From the IMG/VR virus record IMGVR_UViG_2671180275_000010: a DNA stretch of 42,548 nt. One strand, given 5' to 3'. Source of the stretch: a virus. Taxonomy: Duplodnaviria > Heunggongvirae > Uroviricota > Caudoviricetes. The stretch's first letter is position 1; each line of letters opens with the position of its first letter. The translations under genes and the position numbers were made by a program. The notes under the pieces are model-generated. The model saw nothing but the letters and a program-made list of their open reading frames with translations, had not been told where the DNA came from and did not search any database. Positions 25,382 through 35,380 of the stretch are shown here, piece after piece.

Positions 25382-27281
25382 TATGATGAGTGCTGTCACA
25401 ACAGCATTACAGCCCCTGATAAGGGCATTGCCGGTGACGCCAGTTGAATGGGCTGATCAAAATTATTATCTGCCTAAAGAATCTTCATATGGTGAGGGAG
25501 AATGGAAAACGCTGCCGTTCCAGATCGCCATCATGAACAGCATGGGGAATGATCAGATCCGGACTGTTAATTTGATTAAATCTGCCCGTGTTGGCTATAC
25601 AAAGATGTTGCTGGGAGTCGCCGGGTATTTTATTGAGCATAAATCCCGAAACAGTCTGCTTTTTCAGCCCACGGATTCTGCCGCTGAAGATTTTATGAAG
25701 TCTCACGTGGAGGCGACGATTCGCGATGTTCCCTGCCTGAAAAAACTTTCTCCCTGGCTGGGACGTAAACATCGTGATAATACCCTCACGCTGAAACGCT
25801 TTTCATCGGGTGTGGGTTTCTGGTGCCTGGGTGGTGCGGCAGCAAAAAACTACCGTGAAAAATCCGTGGATGTGGTCTGCTATGACGAGCTTTCCTCGTT
25901 CGAGCCGGATGTTGAAAAAGAGGGCTCGCCAACCCTGCTGGGGGATAAGCGTATTGAGGGCTCGGTATGGCCAAAATCCATTCGCGGCTCGACGCCAAAA
26001 ATAATAGGTTCCTGCCAGATCGAAAAAGCGGCCAACGAGTCGGCGCATTTTATGCGTTTTTATGTGCCCTGCCCACACTGCGGGGAGGAGCAGTATCTGA
26101 AATTTGGCGATGAGTCCACGCCTTTTGGCCTTAAATGGGAGAAGGACAGTCCAGAAAGTGTTTTCTACCTCTGTGAACATCATGGCTGCGTGATCCATCA
26201 GTCTGATCTTGACCAGAGCAACGGGCGGTGGATCTGTGAAAACACGGGCATGTGGACCCGTGACGGCCTGACGTTTTTCAGCGCTGCGGGTAATGAAATT
26301 CCGCCGCCGCGCTCCATCACATTCCATATCTGGACGGCGTACAGTCCGTTCACCACCTGGGTACAGATTGTCTATGACTGGCTGGATGCACTGAAAGATC
26401 CCAACGGCCTGAAAACCTTTGTGAACACCACGCTGGGCGAGACCTGGGAAGAGGCCGTGGGCGAAAAACTCGATCACCAGGTGCTGATGGATAAGGTTGT
26501 GCGTTACACGGCTGCGGTGCCTTCCCGGGTGGTTTATCTGACGGCGGGCATTGACTCGCAGCGAAACCGTTTTGAGATGTATGTCTGGGGATGGGCTCCG
26601 GGAGAGGAAGCCTTTCTGGTGGATAAAATCATCATTATGGGGCGTCCCGATGAGGAAGAGACGCTGTTACGTGTGGATGTGGCGATCAACAAAAAATACC
26701 GCCATGCAGACGGAACCGAAATGACCATTTCCCGTGTCTGCTGGGACACAGGGGGGATCGATGGCGAAATTGTCTATCAGAGGTCAAAAAAACACGGTGT
26801 TTTCCGGGTGCTGCCGGTAAAAGGTGCATCTGTTTATGGCAAGCCGGTGATCACCATGCCAAAAACCCGCAATCAGCGGGGCGTGTATCTGTGCGAAGTG
26901 GGGACGGACACCGCAAAAGAAATTCTCTATGCCCGTATGAAAGCCGATCCCACGCCTGCGGATGAAGCCACGTCGTATGCCATCCGTTTTCCTGATGATC
27001 CGGAGATTTTTTCGCAGACAGAGGCGCAGCAACTGGTGGCGGAAGAGCTTGTGGAGAAGTGGGAAAAAGGAAAGATGCGTCTGCTGTGGGATAACAAAAA
27101 GCGGCGTAACGAAGCGCTGGACTGCCTGGTGTATGCCTACGCGGCATTACGTGTGTCCGTGCAACGCTGGCAGCTTGATCTGGCTGTACTGGCAAAATCC
27201 CGGGAAGAAGAGACGACCCGGCCAACCCTTAAAGAACTGGCAGCGAAGCTGTCCGGAGGAGTGAATGGTTACAGTCGCTGA
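25353..27281 (+). CDS. A: Terminase large subunit (gpA-like)
   Basis: Start at Met20 of track ORF; strong similarity to lambda gpA along its length (e.g. VEWADQNYYLPKE, FMRFYVPCPHCGEEQYLKFGD). Confidence 0.95.
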   Translation: MNISEQQLNNMMSAVTTALQPLIRALPVTPVEWADQNYYLPKESSYGEGEWKTLPFQIAIMNSMGNDQIRTVNLIKSARVGYTKMLLGVAGYFIEHKSRNSLLFQPTDSAAEDFMKSHVEATIRDVPCLKKLSPWLGRKHRDNTLTLKRFSSGVGFWCLGGAAAKNYREKSVDVVCYDELSSFEPDVEKEGSPTLLGDKRIEGSVWPKSIRGSTPKIIGSCQIEKAANESAHFMRFYVPCPHCGEEQYLKFGDESTPFGLKWEKDSPESVFYLCEHHGCVIHQSDLDQSNGRWICENTGMWTRDGLTFFSAAGNEIPPPRSITFHIWTAYSPFTTWVQIVYDWLDALKDPNGLKTFVNTTLGETWEEAVGEKLDHQVLMDKVVRYTAAVPSRVVYLTAGIDSQRNRFEMYVWGWAPGEEAFLVDKIIIMGRPDEEETLLRVDVAINKKYRHADGTEMTISRVCWDTGGIDGEIVYQRSKKHGVFRVLPVKGASVYGKPVITMPKTRNQRGVYLCEVGTDTAKEILYARMKADPTPADEATSYAIRFPDDPEIFSQTEAQQLVAEELVEKWEKGKMRLLWDNKKRRNEALDCLVYAYAALRVSVQRWQLDLAVLAKSREEETTRPTLKELAAKLSGGVNGYSR

Positions 27282-27471
27282 ACTGCAGGCGCTGCGTCAG
27301 GCGCGCCTTGATTTATTAACCGGTAAACGGGTGGTGTCTGTCCAGAAAGATGGTCGCAGAATTGAATATACGGCAGCTTCTCTGGATGAGCTTAACCGGG
27401 CGATCAATGATGCGGAGTCGGTACTGGGGACAACCCGCCGTCGCCGTCGTCCGCTGGGAGTGAGGTTATGA
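27265..27471 (+). CDS. W: Head-tail joining protein W
   Basis: 68 aa; LTGKRVVSVQKDGRRIEYTAAS matches lambda gpW. Confidence 0.85.
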   Translation: MVTVAELQALRQARLDLLTGKRVVSVQKDGRRIEYTAASLDELNRAINDAESVLGTTRRRRRPLGVRL

Positions 27472-29060
27472 AACGAACGCCTGTCCTGATTGATGTGAAC
27501 GGCGTTCCGCTTCGGGAGAGCCTAAGCTACAACGGGGGCGGCGCAGGATTTGGCGGGCAAATGGCAGAGTGGTTGCCACCCTCGCAGAGTGCCGATGCGG
27601 CCCTGCTGCCCGCGTTGCGTCTGGGGAATGCCCGTGCAGATGATCTGGTGCGCAATAACGGAATAGCGGCCAATGCGGTGGCCCTGCATAAGGATCACAT
27701 TGTCGGGCATATGTTTCTGATTAGCTACCGTCCGAACTGGCGCTGGCTGGGGATGCGGGAGACCGCGGCAAAAAGTTTTGTCGATGAGGTGGAGGCGGCC
27801 TGGTCAGAATACGCAGAAGGGATGTTTGGTGAGATCGACGTGGAAGGGAAACGCACGTTTACGGAATTTATCCGTGAAGGTGTGGGCGTTCATGCGTTTA
27901 ACGGCGAAATCTTTGTGCAGCCGGTCTGGGATACGGAGAGCACGCAACTGTTTCGTACGCGTTTTAAAGCCGTGAGTCCGAAACGGGTGGACACGCCAGG
28001 ACACGGTATCGGGAACCGTTTTCTGCGGGCCGGTGTGGAGGTTGATCGATATGGCCGTGCCGTTGCGTACCATATCTGTGAGGATGATTTTCCTCGCTCC
28101 GGGAGTGGACGATGGGAACGGATCCCGCGTGAACTTCCCACCGGGCGTCCGGCCATGCTGCATATTTTCGAGCCGGTGGAGGACGGGCAGACCCGTGGGG
28201 CCAATCAGTTTTACAGCGTCATGGAACGGCTGAAGATGCTCGATTCCCTGCAGGCAACACAGCTTCAGTCGGCCATTGTTAAAGCCATGTATGCAGCGAC
28301 GATTGAAAGTGAACTTGATACCGAAAAGGCCTTTGAATATATCGCCGGTGCGCCGCAGGGGCAGAAGGATAATCCGCTTATTAATATTCTGGATAAGTTC
28401 TCCACCTGGTATGACACGAATATCGTGACGCTGGGCGGTGTCAAAATTCCGCACCTTTTCCCCGGTGATGATCTGAAACTTCAGACCGCGCAGGATTCAG
28501 ACAATGGATTTTCGGCGCTTGAACAGGCGCTGCTGCGGTATATCGCTGCCGGTCTTGGCGTTTCCTACGAACAGTTGTCCCGTGATTACTCGAAGGTCAG
28601 TTATTCAAGTGCCCGCGCATCCGCCAATGAGTCGTGGCGCTATTTTATGGGGCGGCGAAAATTTATTGCGTCCCGGCTGGCCACGCAGATGTTTTCCTGC
28701 TGGCTGGAAGAGGCACTTCTTCGGGGGATTATTCGTCCGCCACGGGCACGTTTTGATTTTTATCAGGCGCGATCAGCCTGGTCACGGGCTGAGTGGATTG
28801 GAGCCGGAAGAATGGCCATTGACGGGCTCAAGGAGGTTCAGGAATCAGTGATGCGCATTGAGGCCGGACTGAGCACGTATGAGAAAGAGCTGGCGCTGAT
28901 GGGCGAGGATTATCAGGACATTTTCCGCCAGCAGGTCAGGGAATCTGCAGAGCGGGAAAAAGCCGGACTCTCACGTCCGGTGTGGATAGCGCAGGCGTAT
29001 CAGCAGCAGATAGCGGAGAGTCGCAGGCCGGAAGAGGAGACAACACCACGTGAGACGTAA
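27468..29060 (+). CDS. B: Portal protein (gpB-like)
   Basis: 530 aa; lambda gene order and size. Confidence 0.95.
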   Translation: MKRTPVLIDVNGVPLRESLSYNGGGAGFGGQMAEWLPPSQSADAALLPALRLGNARADDLVRNNGIAANAVALHKDHIVGHMFLISYRPNWRWLGMRETAAKSFVDEVEAAWSEYAEGMFGEIDVEGKRTFTEFIREGVGVHAFNGEIFVQPVWDTESTQLFRTRFKAVSPKRVDTPGHGIGNRFLRAGVEVDRYGRAVAYHICEDDFPRSGSGRWERIPRELPTGRPAMLHIFEPVEDGQTRGANQFYSVMERLKMLDSLQATQLQSAIVKAMYAATIESELDTEKAFEYIAGAPQGQKDNPLINILDKFSTWYDTNIVTLGGVKIPHLFPGDDLKLQTAQDSDNGFSALEQALLRYIAAGLGVSYEQLSRDYSKVSYSSARASANESWRYFMGRRKFIASRLATQMFSCWLEEALLRGIIRPPRARFDFYQARSAWSRAEWIGAGRMAIDGLKEVQESVMRIEAGLSTYEKELALMGEDYQDIFRQQVRESAEREKAGLSRPVWIAQAYQQQIAESRRPEEETTPRET

Positions 29061-30555
29061 TCTTTCACACATTATTGCAGCAGCATTCAATGAACCGCTG
29101 CTTCTGGAGCCCGCCTATGCGCGGGTTTTCTTTTGCGCGCTCGGGCGCGAGATGGGGGCAGCAAGTCTTTCGGTACCACAACAGCAGGTACAGCTTGATG
29201 CACCCGGAATGCTGGCTGAAACGGACGAGTACATGGCCGGAGGTAAACGACCGGCCCGTGTTTACCGGGTGGTGAACGGTATTGCTGTACTGCCGGTCAC
29301 AGGCACGCTGGTGCACCGGCTGGGGGGTATGCGGCCATTTTCCGGAATGACAGGCTATGACGGCATTGTCGCCTGTCTTCAGCAGGCAATGGCGGATAGC
29401 CAGGTGCGGGGTGTACTGCTGGACATTGACAGTCCGGGCGGGCAGGCCGCCGGTGCGTTTGACTGTGCTGACATGATTTACCGCCTCCGTCAGCAGAAGC
29501 CGGTCTGGGCACTGTGCAATGACACGGCCTGTTCTGCAGCCATGCTGCTGGCGTCGGCCTGCTCCCGACGGCTGGTTACCCAGACATCCCGTATCGGCTC
29601 CATTGGCGTGATGATGAGCCATGTCAGCTATGCCGGTCATCTGGCGCAGGCCGGTGTGGATATCACGCTGATTTACTCAGGGGCGCACAAGGTGGATGGC
29701 AATCAGTTTGAAGCGTTGCCGGAAGAGGTTCGCCAGGACATGCAGCAGCGGATTGATGCGGCGCGCCGGATGTTTGCCGAAAAAGTGGCGATGTATACCG
29801 GTCTGTCTGTTGATGCAGTCACGGGAACAGAGGCCGCCGTTTTTGAAGGTCAGTCCGGCATTGAGGCCGGGCTGGCGGATGAATTAATCAATGCGTCGGA
29901 TGCCATCAGCGTGATGGCTGCGGCGCTGAACACACATGATACAGGAGGCACTATGCCGCAATTAACTGCAACGGAAGCTGCCGCGCAGGAGAACCAGCGA
30001 GTGATGGGGATCCTGACGTGTCAGGAAGCGAAAGGACGTGAACACCTTGCCACGATGCTGGCAGGACAACAGGGCATGAGCGTTGAACAGGCCCGGGCGA
30101 TTCTGACCGCGGCAGCACCACAGCAGCTGGTGGCATCCACGCAGAGTGAAGCCGATCGCATTATGGCGTGTGAAGAAGCTAAAGGTCGTGAACAACTGGC
30201 GGCAACGCTGGCGGCGATGCCGGAGATGACGGTGGAAAAAGCCCGCCCGATCCTGGCGGCTTCACCGCAGGCGGATGCCGGACCCTCACTCCGTGATCAG
30301 ATTATGGCTCTGGATGAGGCAAAAGGGGCTGAGGCGCAGGCTGAAAAACTGGCGGCGTTTCCCGGAATGACGGTGGAGGCTGCCCGCGACATTCTGTCCT
30401 CATCGCCGGATAAAGCAGAACCGGTTTCTGCATCCACAACCGCCATGTTTGAACGCATCATGGCGAACCATTCACCGGCAGCCGTGCAGGGTGGCGTGTC
30501 ACAGACGTCGGCAGACGGTGATGCGGACGTGAAAATGCTCATGGCCATGCCATGA
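29050..30555 (+). CDS. C: Head maturation protease / scaffold (gpC-like, S49 peptidase family, with Nu3-like scaffold region in the 3' third)
   Basis: 501 aa; ClpP/S49-like N-terminal region; C-terminal third holds three tandem 47-50-aa repeats (IMAxxEAKG ... MxVExAR.IL). Confidence 0.9.
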   Translation: MRRNLSHIIAAAFNEPLLLEPAYARVFFCALGREMGAASLSVPQQQVQLDAPGMLAETDEYMAGGKRPARVYRVVNGIAVLPVTGTLVHRLGGMRPFSGMTGYDGIVACLQQAMADSQVRGVLLDIDSPGGQAAGAFDCADMIYRLRQQKPVWALCNDTACSAAMLLASACSRRLVTQTSRIGSIGVMMSHVSYAGHLAQAGVDITLIYSGAHKVDGNQFEALPEEVRQDMQQRIDAARRMFAEKVAMYTGLSVDAVTGTEAAVFEGQSGIEAGLADELINASDAISVMAAALNTHDTGGTMPQLTATEAAAQENQRVMGILTCQEAKGREHLATMLAGQQGMSVEQARAILTAAAPQQLVASTQSEADRIMACEEAKGREQLAATLAAMPEMTVEKARPILAASPQADAGPSLRDQIMALDEAKGAEAQAEKLAAFPGMTVEAARDILSSSPDKAEPVSASTTAMFERIMANHSPAAVQGGVSQTSADGDADVKMLMAMP

Positions 30556-30591
30556 AGTCAGTGCTGACCATCAATATGAGGTTTTTACAAT

Positions 30592-30939
30592 ATGGTAACG
30601 AAAACCATCACTGAACAACGTGCAGAAGTACGTATTTTTGCCGGTAATGATCCGGCTCATACCGCCACAGGCAGCAGCGGGATTTCTCAGGCAACACCGG
30701 CACTGACGCCCCTGATGCTGGATGAAGCCAGCGGGAAACTGGTGGTCTGGGACGGACAGAAAGCCGGTAGTGCGGCTGGCATACTGGTACTGCCGCTTGA
30801 AGGCACAGAGACGGTGCTGACGTATTACAAGTCGGGGACCTTTGCGACGGAGGCAATCCGCTGGCCTGAAAGTGTGGATGAACACAAAAAGGCCAACGCC
30901 TTTGTCGGCACAGCCCTGAGTCACGCGGCGCTGCCGTAA
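30592..30939 (+). CDS. D: Head decoration protein D
   Basis: 115 aa; DPAHTAT ... TPLMLD ... YKSGTF blocks match lambda gpD. Confidence 0.9.
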   Translation: MVTKTITEQRAEVRIFAGNDPAHTATGSSGISQATPALTPLMLDEASGKLVVWDGQKAGSAAGILVLPLEGTETVLTYYKSGTFATEAIRWPESVDEHKKANAFVGTALSHAALP

Positions 30940-30996
30940 CACGTTATCAGGCCACCGCGTTGGCCTGACTGATTTCTGAATGAAAGGAACTGATTT

Positions 30997-32025
30997 ATGG
31001 GATTGTTTACGACCCGCCAGTTACTCGGTTATACCGAACAAAAAGTGAAATTTCGTGCGCTGTTTCTGGAACTGTTTTTCCGCCGTACGGTGAATTTCCA
31101 CACCGAAGAGGTGATGCTGGACAAAATTACCGGAAAAACGCCGGTGGCAGCCTATGTCTCCCCGGTTGTTGAAGGAAAAGTGCTGCGTCATCGTGGTGGT
31201 GAAACCCGCGTGTTACGTCCGGGCTACGTCAAGCCGAAACACGAATTTAATTACCAGCAGGCGGTGGAGCGCCTTCCCGGTGAAGATCCGGCGCAGCTGA
31301 ACGACCCGACCTACCGTCGTCTGCGTATCATCACCGATAACCTCAAACAGGAAGAGCACGCCATTGTCCAGGTGGAAGAAATGCAGGCGGTGAATGCCGT
31401 GCTGTATGGCAAATACACCATGGAAGGAGACCAGTTCGAGAAAATTGAGGTTGATTTTGGCAGATCGACAAAGAATAACATCATACAGGGTAGCGGTAAG
31501 GAGTGGTCAAAACAGGACCGTGACACGTTCGACCCGACATATGATATCGACCTTTTCTGTGATCAGGCCAGCGGTCTTGTGAATATTGCCATCATGGACG
31601 GTACCGTCTGGCGTCTGCTGAATGGCTTTAAGCTGTTCCGCGAAAAACTGGATACCCGTCGCGGCTCAAATTCACAACTCGAAACGGCAGTGAAAGACCT
31701 GGGGTCGGTGGTGTCTTTCAAGGGGTATTACGGTGATCTGGCCATTGTGGTGGCGAAAACGTCTTATGTGGCAGAGGACGGTACCGAAAAACGTTATCTG
31801 CCGGAGGGCACGCTGGTCCTGGGAAATACGGCTGCTGAGGGCATCCGTTGCTATGGTGCCATTCAGGATGCGCAGGCGTTGTCCGAAGGTGTGGTGGCCT
31901 CTTCCCGTTATCCGAAACACTGGATGACCGTGGGCGATCCGGCCCGTGAATTCACCATGACGCAGTCCGCTCCGCTGATGGTGCTGCCGGATCCGGATGA
32001 GTTTGTGGTGGTACAGGTGAAATAA
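30997..32025 (+). CDS. E: Major capsid protein E
   Basis: 342 aa; lambda gpE size and position. Confidence 0.95.
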   Translation: MGLFTTRQLLGYTEQKVKFRALFLELFFRRTVNFHTEEVMLDKITGKTPVAAYVSPVVEGKVLRHRGGETRVLRPGYVKPKHEFNYQQAVERLPGEDPAQLNDPTYRRLRIITDNLKQEEHAIVQVEEMQAVNAVLYGKYTMEGDQFEKIEVDFGRSTKNNIIQGSGKEWSKQDRDTFDPTYDIDLFCDQASGLVNIAIMDGTVWRLLNGFKLFREKLDTRRGSNSQLETAVKDLGSVVSFKGYYGDLAIVVAKTSYVAEDGTEKRYLPEGTLVLGNTAAEGIRCYGAIQDAQALSEGVVASSRYPKHWMTVGDPAREFTMTQSAPLMVLPDPDEFVVVQVK

Positions 32026-32077
32026 TCCGTGAGCGGGGGCGAAATGCCCCCGTGTCTTTTTTCACAGGGGGCTGGAT

Positions 32078-32446
32078 ATGGCAACAAAAGAAGAAAATCA
32101 GAAACGTCTTCGTGAACTGGCTGGCCTGCTGGGGCGCGAGGCGGATATGTCGGGGAGTGCAGCGGATATCGCACAGCGTGTGGCAGAGTGGGAAGAGGAG
32201 GTTTGCGCATCGGAAAATGAAATCGCAGATGTTGATGATACCGTTTATGAGCAGGCATACAGGAACACCGGTGAGGATGCTTTCGGTATTCTGGAACGTA
32301 TCATGCTTCTGAAGTGTTTTTACCTGTGCGGTGTTGACGATGAAACAGGTGAGCCTGTTGAGCATGTTGATGCTGGCAGAGTAATTCTGATGCCCCCCTC
32401 AGTGGCAAAAGACATGGTCAAGAGTGGAATGGCCGTTTATGCGTGA
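32078..32446 (+). CDS. FI: DNA-packaging protein FI
   Basis: 122 aa, acidic; position between E and FII. Confidence 0.8.
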   Translation: MATKEENQKRLRELAGLLGREADMSGSAADIAQRVAEWEEEVCASENEIADVDDTVYEQAYRNTGEDAFGILERIMLLKCFYLCGVDDETGEPVEHVDAGRVILMPPSVAKDMVKSGMAVYA

Positions 32447-32792
32447 TTTTCAGAATGCCTTCGATGCTGCCCTCGCCGGGGTGGACAGCACGATTGTTGA
32501 AGTGATGGGACTCTGTGCGCAGTTCACCTCGGGGGCACAGCGTGGTGGCGAAGTTCAGGGGGTTTTTGACGATCCGGAGTCGCTGGGTTTTGCCGGTGGC
32601 GGGGTCCGTATTGAAGGAAGCAGCCCGTCATTATTTGTGCGGACGGATACGGTTCGGGCTGTGCGGCGTGGTGACACGCTGACCATTAACGGCGAGATGT
32701 TCTGGGTGGATCGTGTTTCTCCGGATGACGGGGGAAGCTGTTATCTCTGGCTCAACCGTGGGCAACCACCCGCTGTTAACCGGCGACGATAA
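32439..32792 (+). CDS. FII: Head-tail connector protein FII
   Basis: Start at Met6 of track ORF; C-terminus FWVDRVSPDDGGSCYLWLNRGQPPAVNRRR nearly identical to lambda FII. Confidence 0.85.
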   Translation: MRDFQNAFDAALAGVDSTIVEVMGLCAQFTSGAQRGGEVQGVFDDPESLGFAGGGVRIEGSSPSLFVRTDTVRAVRRGDTLTINGEMFWVDRVSPDDGGSCYLWLNRGQPPAVNRRR

Positions 32793-32807
32793 ACGCAGGG
32801 TGAAATT

Positions 32808-33341
32808 ATGGCGATAAAAGGGCTTGATCAGGCGATTGATAATCTGAGCCGGGTTCGTAAAAACGCCATTCCGGCGGCTTCAGCAATGACGATTAACCGC
32901 GTGGCCACAACGGCGATTAATCAGTCTTCGTCACAGGTTGCCCGGGAAACCAGGGTGAGACGGAAACTGGTAAAGGAACGGTCCAGACTGAAACGGGCGA
33001 CGGTCAGAAATCCGAATGCCAGAATTATCGTTAACCGCGGTGATCTCCCTGTGATTAAGCTGGGGATCAGGATGCTGGGGCGTCGCCCGAACAGCATACT
33101 TAAAGCCGGTCAGCATCGGTATCAGCGGGCATTTATTCAGCGATTAAAAAATGGTCGCTGGCATGTCATGCAGCGTGTGGCCGGGAAAAACCGTTACCCC
33201 ATTGATGTGGTGAAAATCCCGATGGCGGCCCCACTGAAACAGGCATTTGATGAGAATGTTGACCGTATCCGGCGTGAACGCCTGCCTAAAGAACTGGCAT
33301 ACGCGCTGAAACAACAACTGAGGATTGCAATAAAACGATGA
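32808..33341 (+). CDS. Z: Tail completion protein Z
   Basis: 177 aa; MAIKGLDQAIDNLSR ... WHVMQRVAGKNRYPIDVVKIPMA match lambda gpZ. Confidence 0.85.
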   Translation: MAIKGLDQAIDNLSRVRKNAIPAASAMTINRVATTAINQSSSQVARETRVRRKLVKERSRLKRATVRNPNARIIVNRGDLPVIKLGIRMLGRRPNSILKAGQHRYQRAFIQRLKNGRWHVMQRVAGKNRYPIDVVKIPMAAPLKQAFDENVDRIRRERLPKELAYALKQQLRIAIKR

Positions 33342-33733
33342 AACACACTGACATTCGTGCCGCAGTGCTGGATGCACTCGAGCAGCATGAACACGGGGCG
33401 ACGCTGTTTGATGGTCGCCCCGTTGTTTTTGACGAAGAGGATTTTCCTGCGATCGCGGTTTATCTGACGGATGCAGAGTATACCGGTGAAGAGCTGGATG
33501 CAGATACCTGGCGGGCCACACTGCATATTGAGGTGTTTTTACCGGCACAGGTACCTGATTCGGAGCTCGATCAGTGGATGGAAAGCCGGATTTATCCGGC
33601 GATGACTGCGATCCCGGCACTGGCAGGACTGATTACCACGATGGTTACGCAGGGCTATGAGTATCATCGTGATGACGATATGGCGTTATGGAGCTCTGCG
33701 GATCTGACTTATTCCATTACATACGAGATGTGA
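33338..33733 (+). CDS. U: Tail terminator protein U
   Basis: 131 aa; lambda gpU position and size. Confidence 0.9.
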   Translation: MKHTDIRAAVLDALEQHEHGATLFDGRPVVFDEEDFPAIAVYLTDAEYTGEELDADTWRATLHIEVFLPAQVPDSELDQWMESRIYPAMTAIPALAGLITTMVTQGYEYHRDDDMALWSSADLTYSITYEM

Positions 33734-33740
33734 GGACGAT

Positions 33741-34487
33741 ATGGCAACACCAAATCCCCTGGAGCCGGTAAAAGGTGCCGGTACCACTCTGTGGGTTTAC
33801 AACGGCAAGGCTGATGCTTATGCAAACCCGTTGTCAGACGATGACTGGCAGCGACTGGCTAAGGTGAAGGATCTGACGCCGGGCGAGATGACGGCTGAAT
33901 CCTACGATGATAACTACCTGGATGATGAAGACGCGGACTGGACCGCGACCGGGCAGGGACAGAAATCTGCAGGTGATACCAGTTTTACGCTGGCCTGGAA
34001 ACCGGGTGAGAAAGGTCAGAAAGGGCTTATCGCATGGTTTGAAAGCGGGGATGTCAGGGCCTATAAAATCCGGTTCCCGAATGGTACGGTGGATGTGTTC
34101 AGTGGCTGGGTCAGCAGTATCGGTAAGGCCGTGACGGCGAAGGAAGTGATCACCAGAACGGTGAAAGTTACCAATGTGGGACGCCCGTCGATGGCTGAAA
34201 ATCTCACTAAAATTACGCCGGTTTCCGGTGTGACCATTAAACCGGAAACCCTGACCCTAGAAAAAGGGAAGGCAGGCACACTTACTGTGGCTGTGTTGCC
34301 GGATAATGCGTCTGATCCTTCATTAAGGGTGTCGACCGTGCATCGTGCGGTGGCCACAGCCACGTTGAAGGAGAACACAGTGACGGTAAACGCACTTGAG
34401 AAAGGAACAACGTCGGTCGTGGTCATGAGTGATAACGGTAATTTTGTTGCTCTGGCGACAGTAACCGTTAATGTCCCTGCCGCGTAA
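33741..34487 (+). CDS. V: Major tail tube protein V (with C-terminal Ig-like domain)
   Basis: 248 aa; lambda gpV position. Confidence 0.9.
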   Translation: MATPNPLEPVKGAGTTLWVYNGKADAYANPLSDDDWQRLAKVKDLTPGEMTAESYDDNYLDDEDADWTATGQGQKSAGDTSFTLAWKPGEKGQKGLIAWFESGDVRAYKIRFPNGTVDVFSGWVSSIGKAVTAKEVITRTVKVTNVGRPSMAENLTKITPVSGVTIKPETLTLEKGKAGTLTVAVLPDNASDPSLRVSTVHRAVATATLKENTVTVNALEKGTTSVVVMSDNGNFVALATVTVNVPAA

Positions 34488-34508
34488 CGGGTGTTTAGGA
34501 GAACACGC

Positions 34509-34940
34509 ATGTTTCTTAAAACAGAACAATTTGAATATAACGGTGTGTCTGTCACGCTTTCGGAGCTGTCTGCGCTGCAGCGTATCGAGCATCTTGCCCT
34601 GCTGAAACGGCGGGCAGAAGAGGCTGAAGCCAGCGGCAACCTGCAGGTGAGTGTGGAAGATCTTGTCAGAACCGGCGCGTTTCTGGTGGCGATGTCCCTG
34701 TGGCATAACCATCCGGAGAAAGTGCAGCTGCTGTCAATGAATGAGGCCGTGATGCAGATCGAACAGGATGTGCTGACGACCTGGCCGGCTGATGCCATTG
34801 CCCGGGCGGAAGAGGTGGTGTTACGTCTGTCCGGGATGAGCGGGGCTGTTCATGCGGATACTGACAGCACCGAAGTGGCGAAAAATAACGCGCTTACTGA
34901 TGATGATTTTTCTGCGGGAAAGTTTTCGACGGCGAGCTGA
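34509..34940 (+). CDS. G: Tail assembly chaperone G
   Basis: Start at Met7 of track ORF (MFLKTEQFEYNG...) matching the lambda gpG N-terminus; GGAG SD. Confidence 0.85.
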   Translation: MFLKTEQFEYNGVSVTLSELSALQRIEHLALLKRRAEEAEASGNLQVSVEDLVRTGAFLVAMSLWHNHPEKVQLLSMNEAVMQIEQDVLTTWPADAIARAEEVVLRLSGMSGAVHADTDSTEVAKNNALTDDDFSAGKFSTAS

Positions 34941-35380
34941 ATTTTGCCCTCAGACTGGCGCGTGAGATGGGGAGGCCTGACTGGCGCGCCATGCTTGCCG
35001 GGATGACATCCACCGAATATGCCGACTGGCGACATTTTTACCGCACGCATTATTTTCAGGATACCCAACTGGATATGCATTTTTCCGGGCTGATGTACGC
35101 CGTACTCAGCCTGTTTTTTTGCGATCCGGATATGCATCCCTCGGATTTCAGTCTGCTGGCTCCCCGGCGAGAGGAAGCGCAGACGGAGATGCCGGATGAG
35201 GAAGACATGCTGATGCAGAAAGCGGCAGGACTTGCCGGAGGCGTCCGGTTCGGTGGGGAGGGAGGGGGCGATATTTCACCTTCTGCAGATGTGGTGGATG
35301 TCAGCGAGGATGATGTTGCATTAATGATGGCTTCAGCGGGGATTTCCGGAGGTGTGAGATATGTCCCAGCCGGTTGGTGA
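34509..35380 (+). CDS. T: Tail assembly chaperone G-T fusion produced by -1 frameshift at 34916-34922
   Basis: T-frame ORF continues in the -1 frame from the slippery site; conserved lambda arrangement. Confidence 0.7.
34916..34922 (+). other. Programmed -1 ribosomal frameshift slippery heptamer G_GGA_AAG at the end of G
   Basis: Heptamer identical to the lambda G-T slip site; the -1 frame continues into the T ORF (track 34967..35380). Confidence 0.75.
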
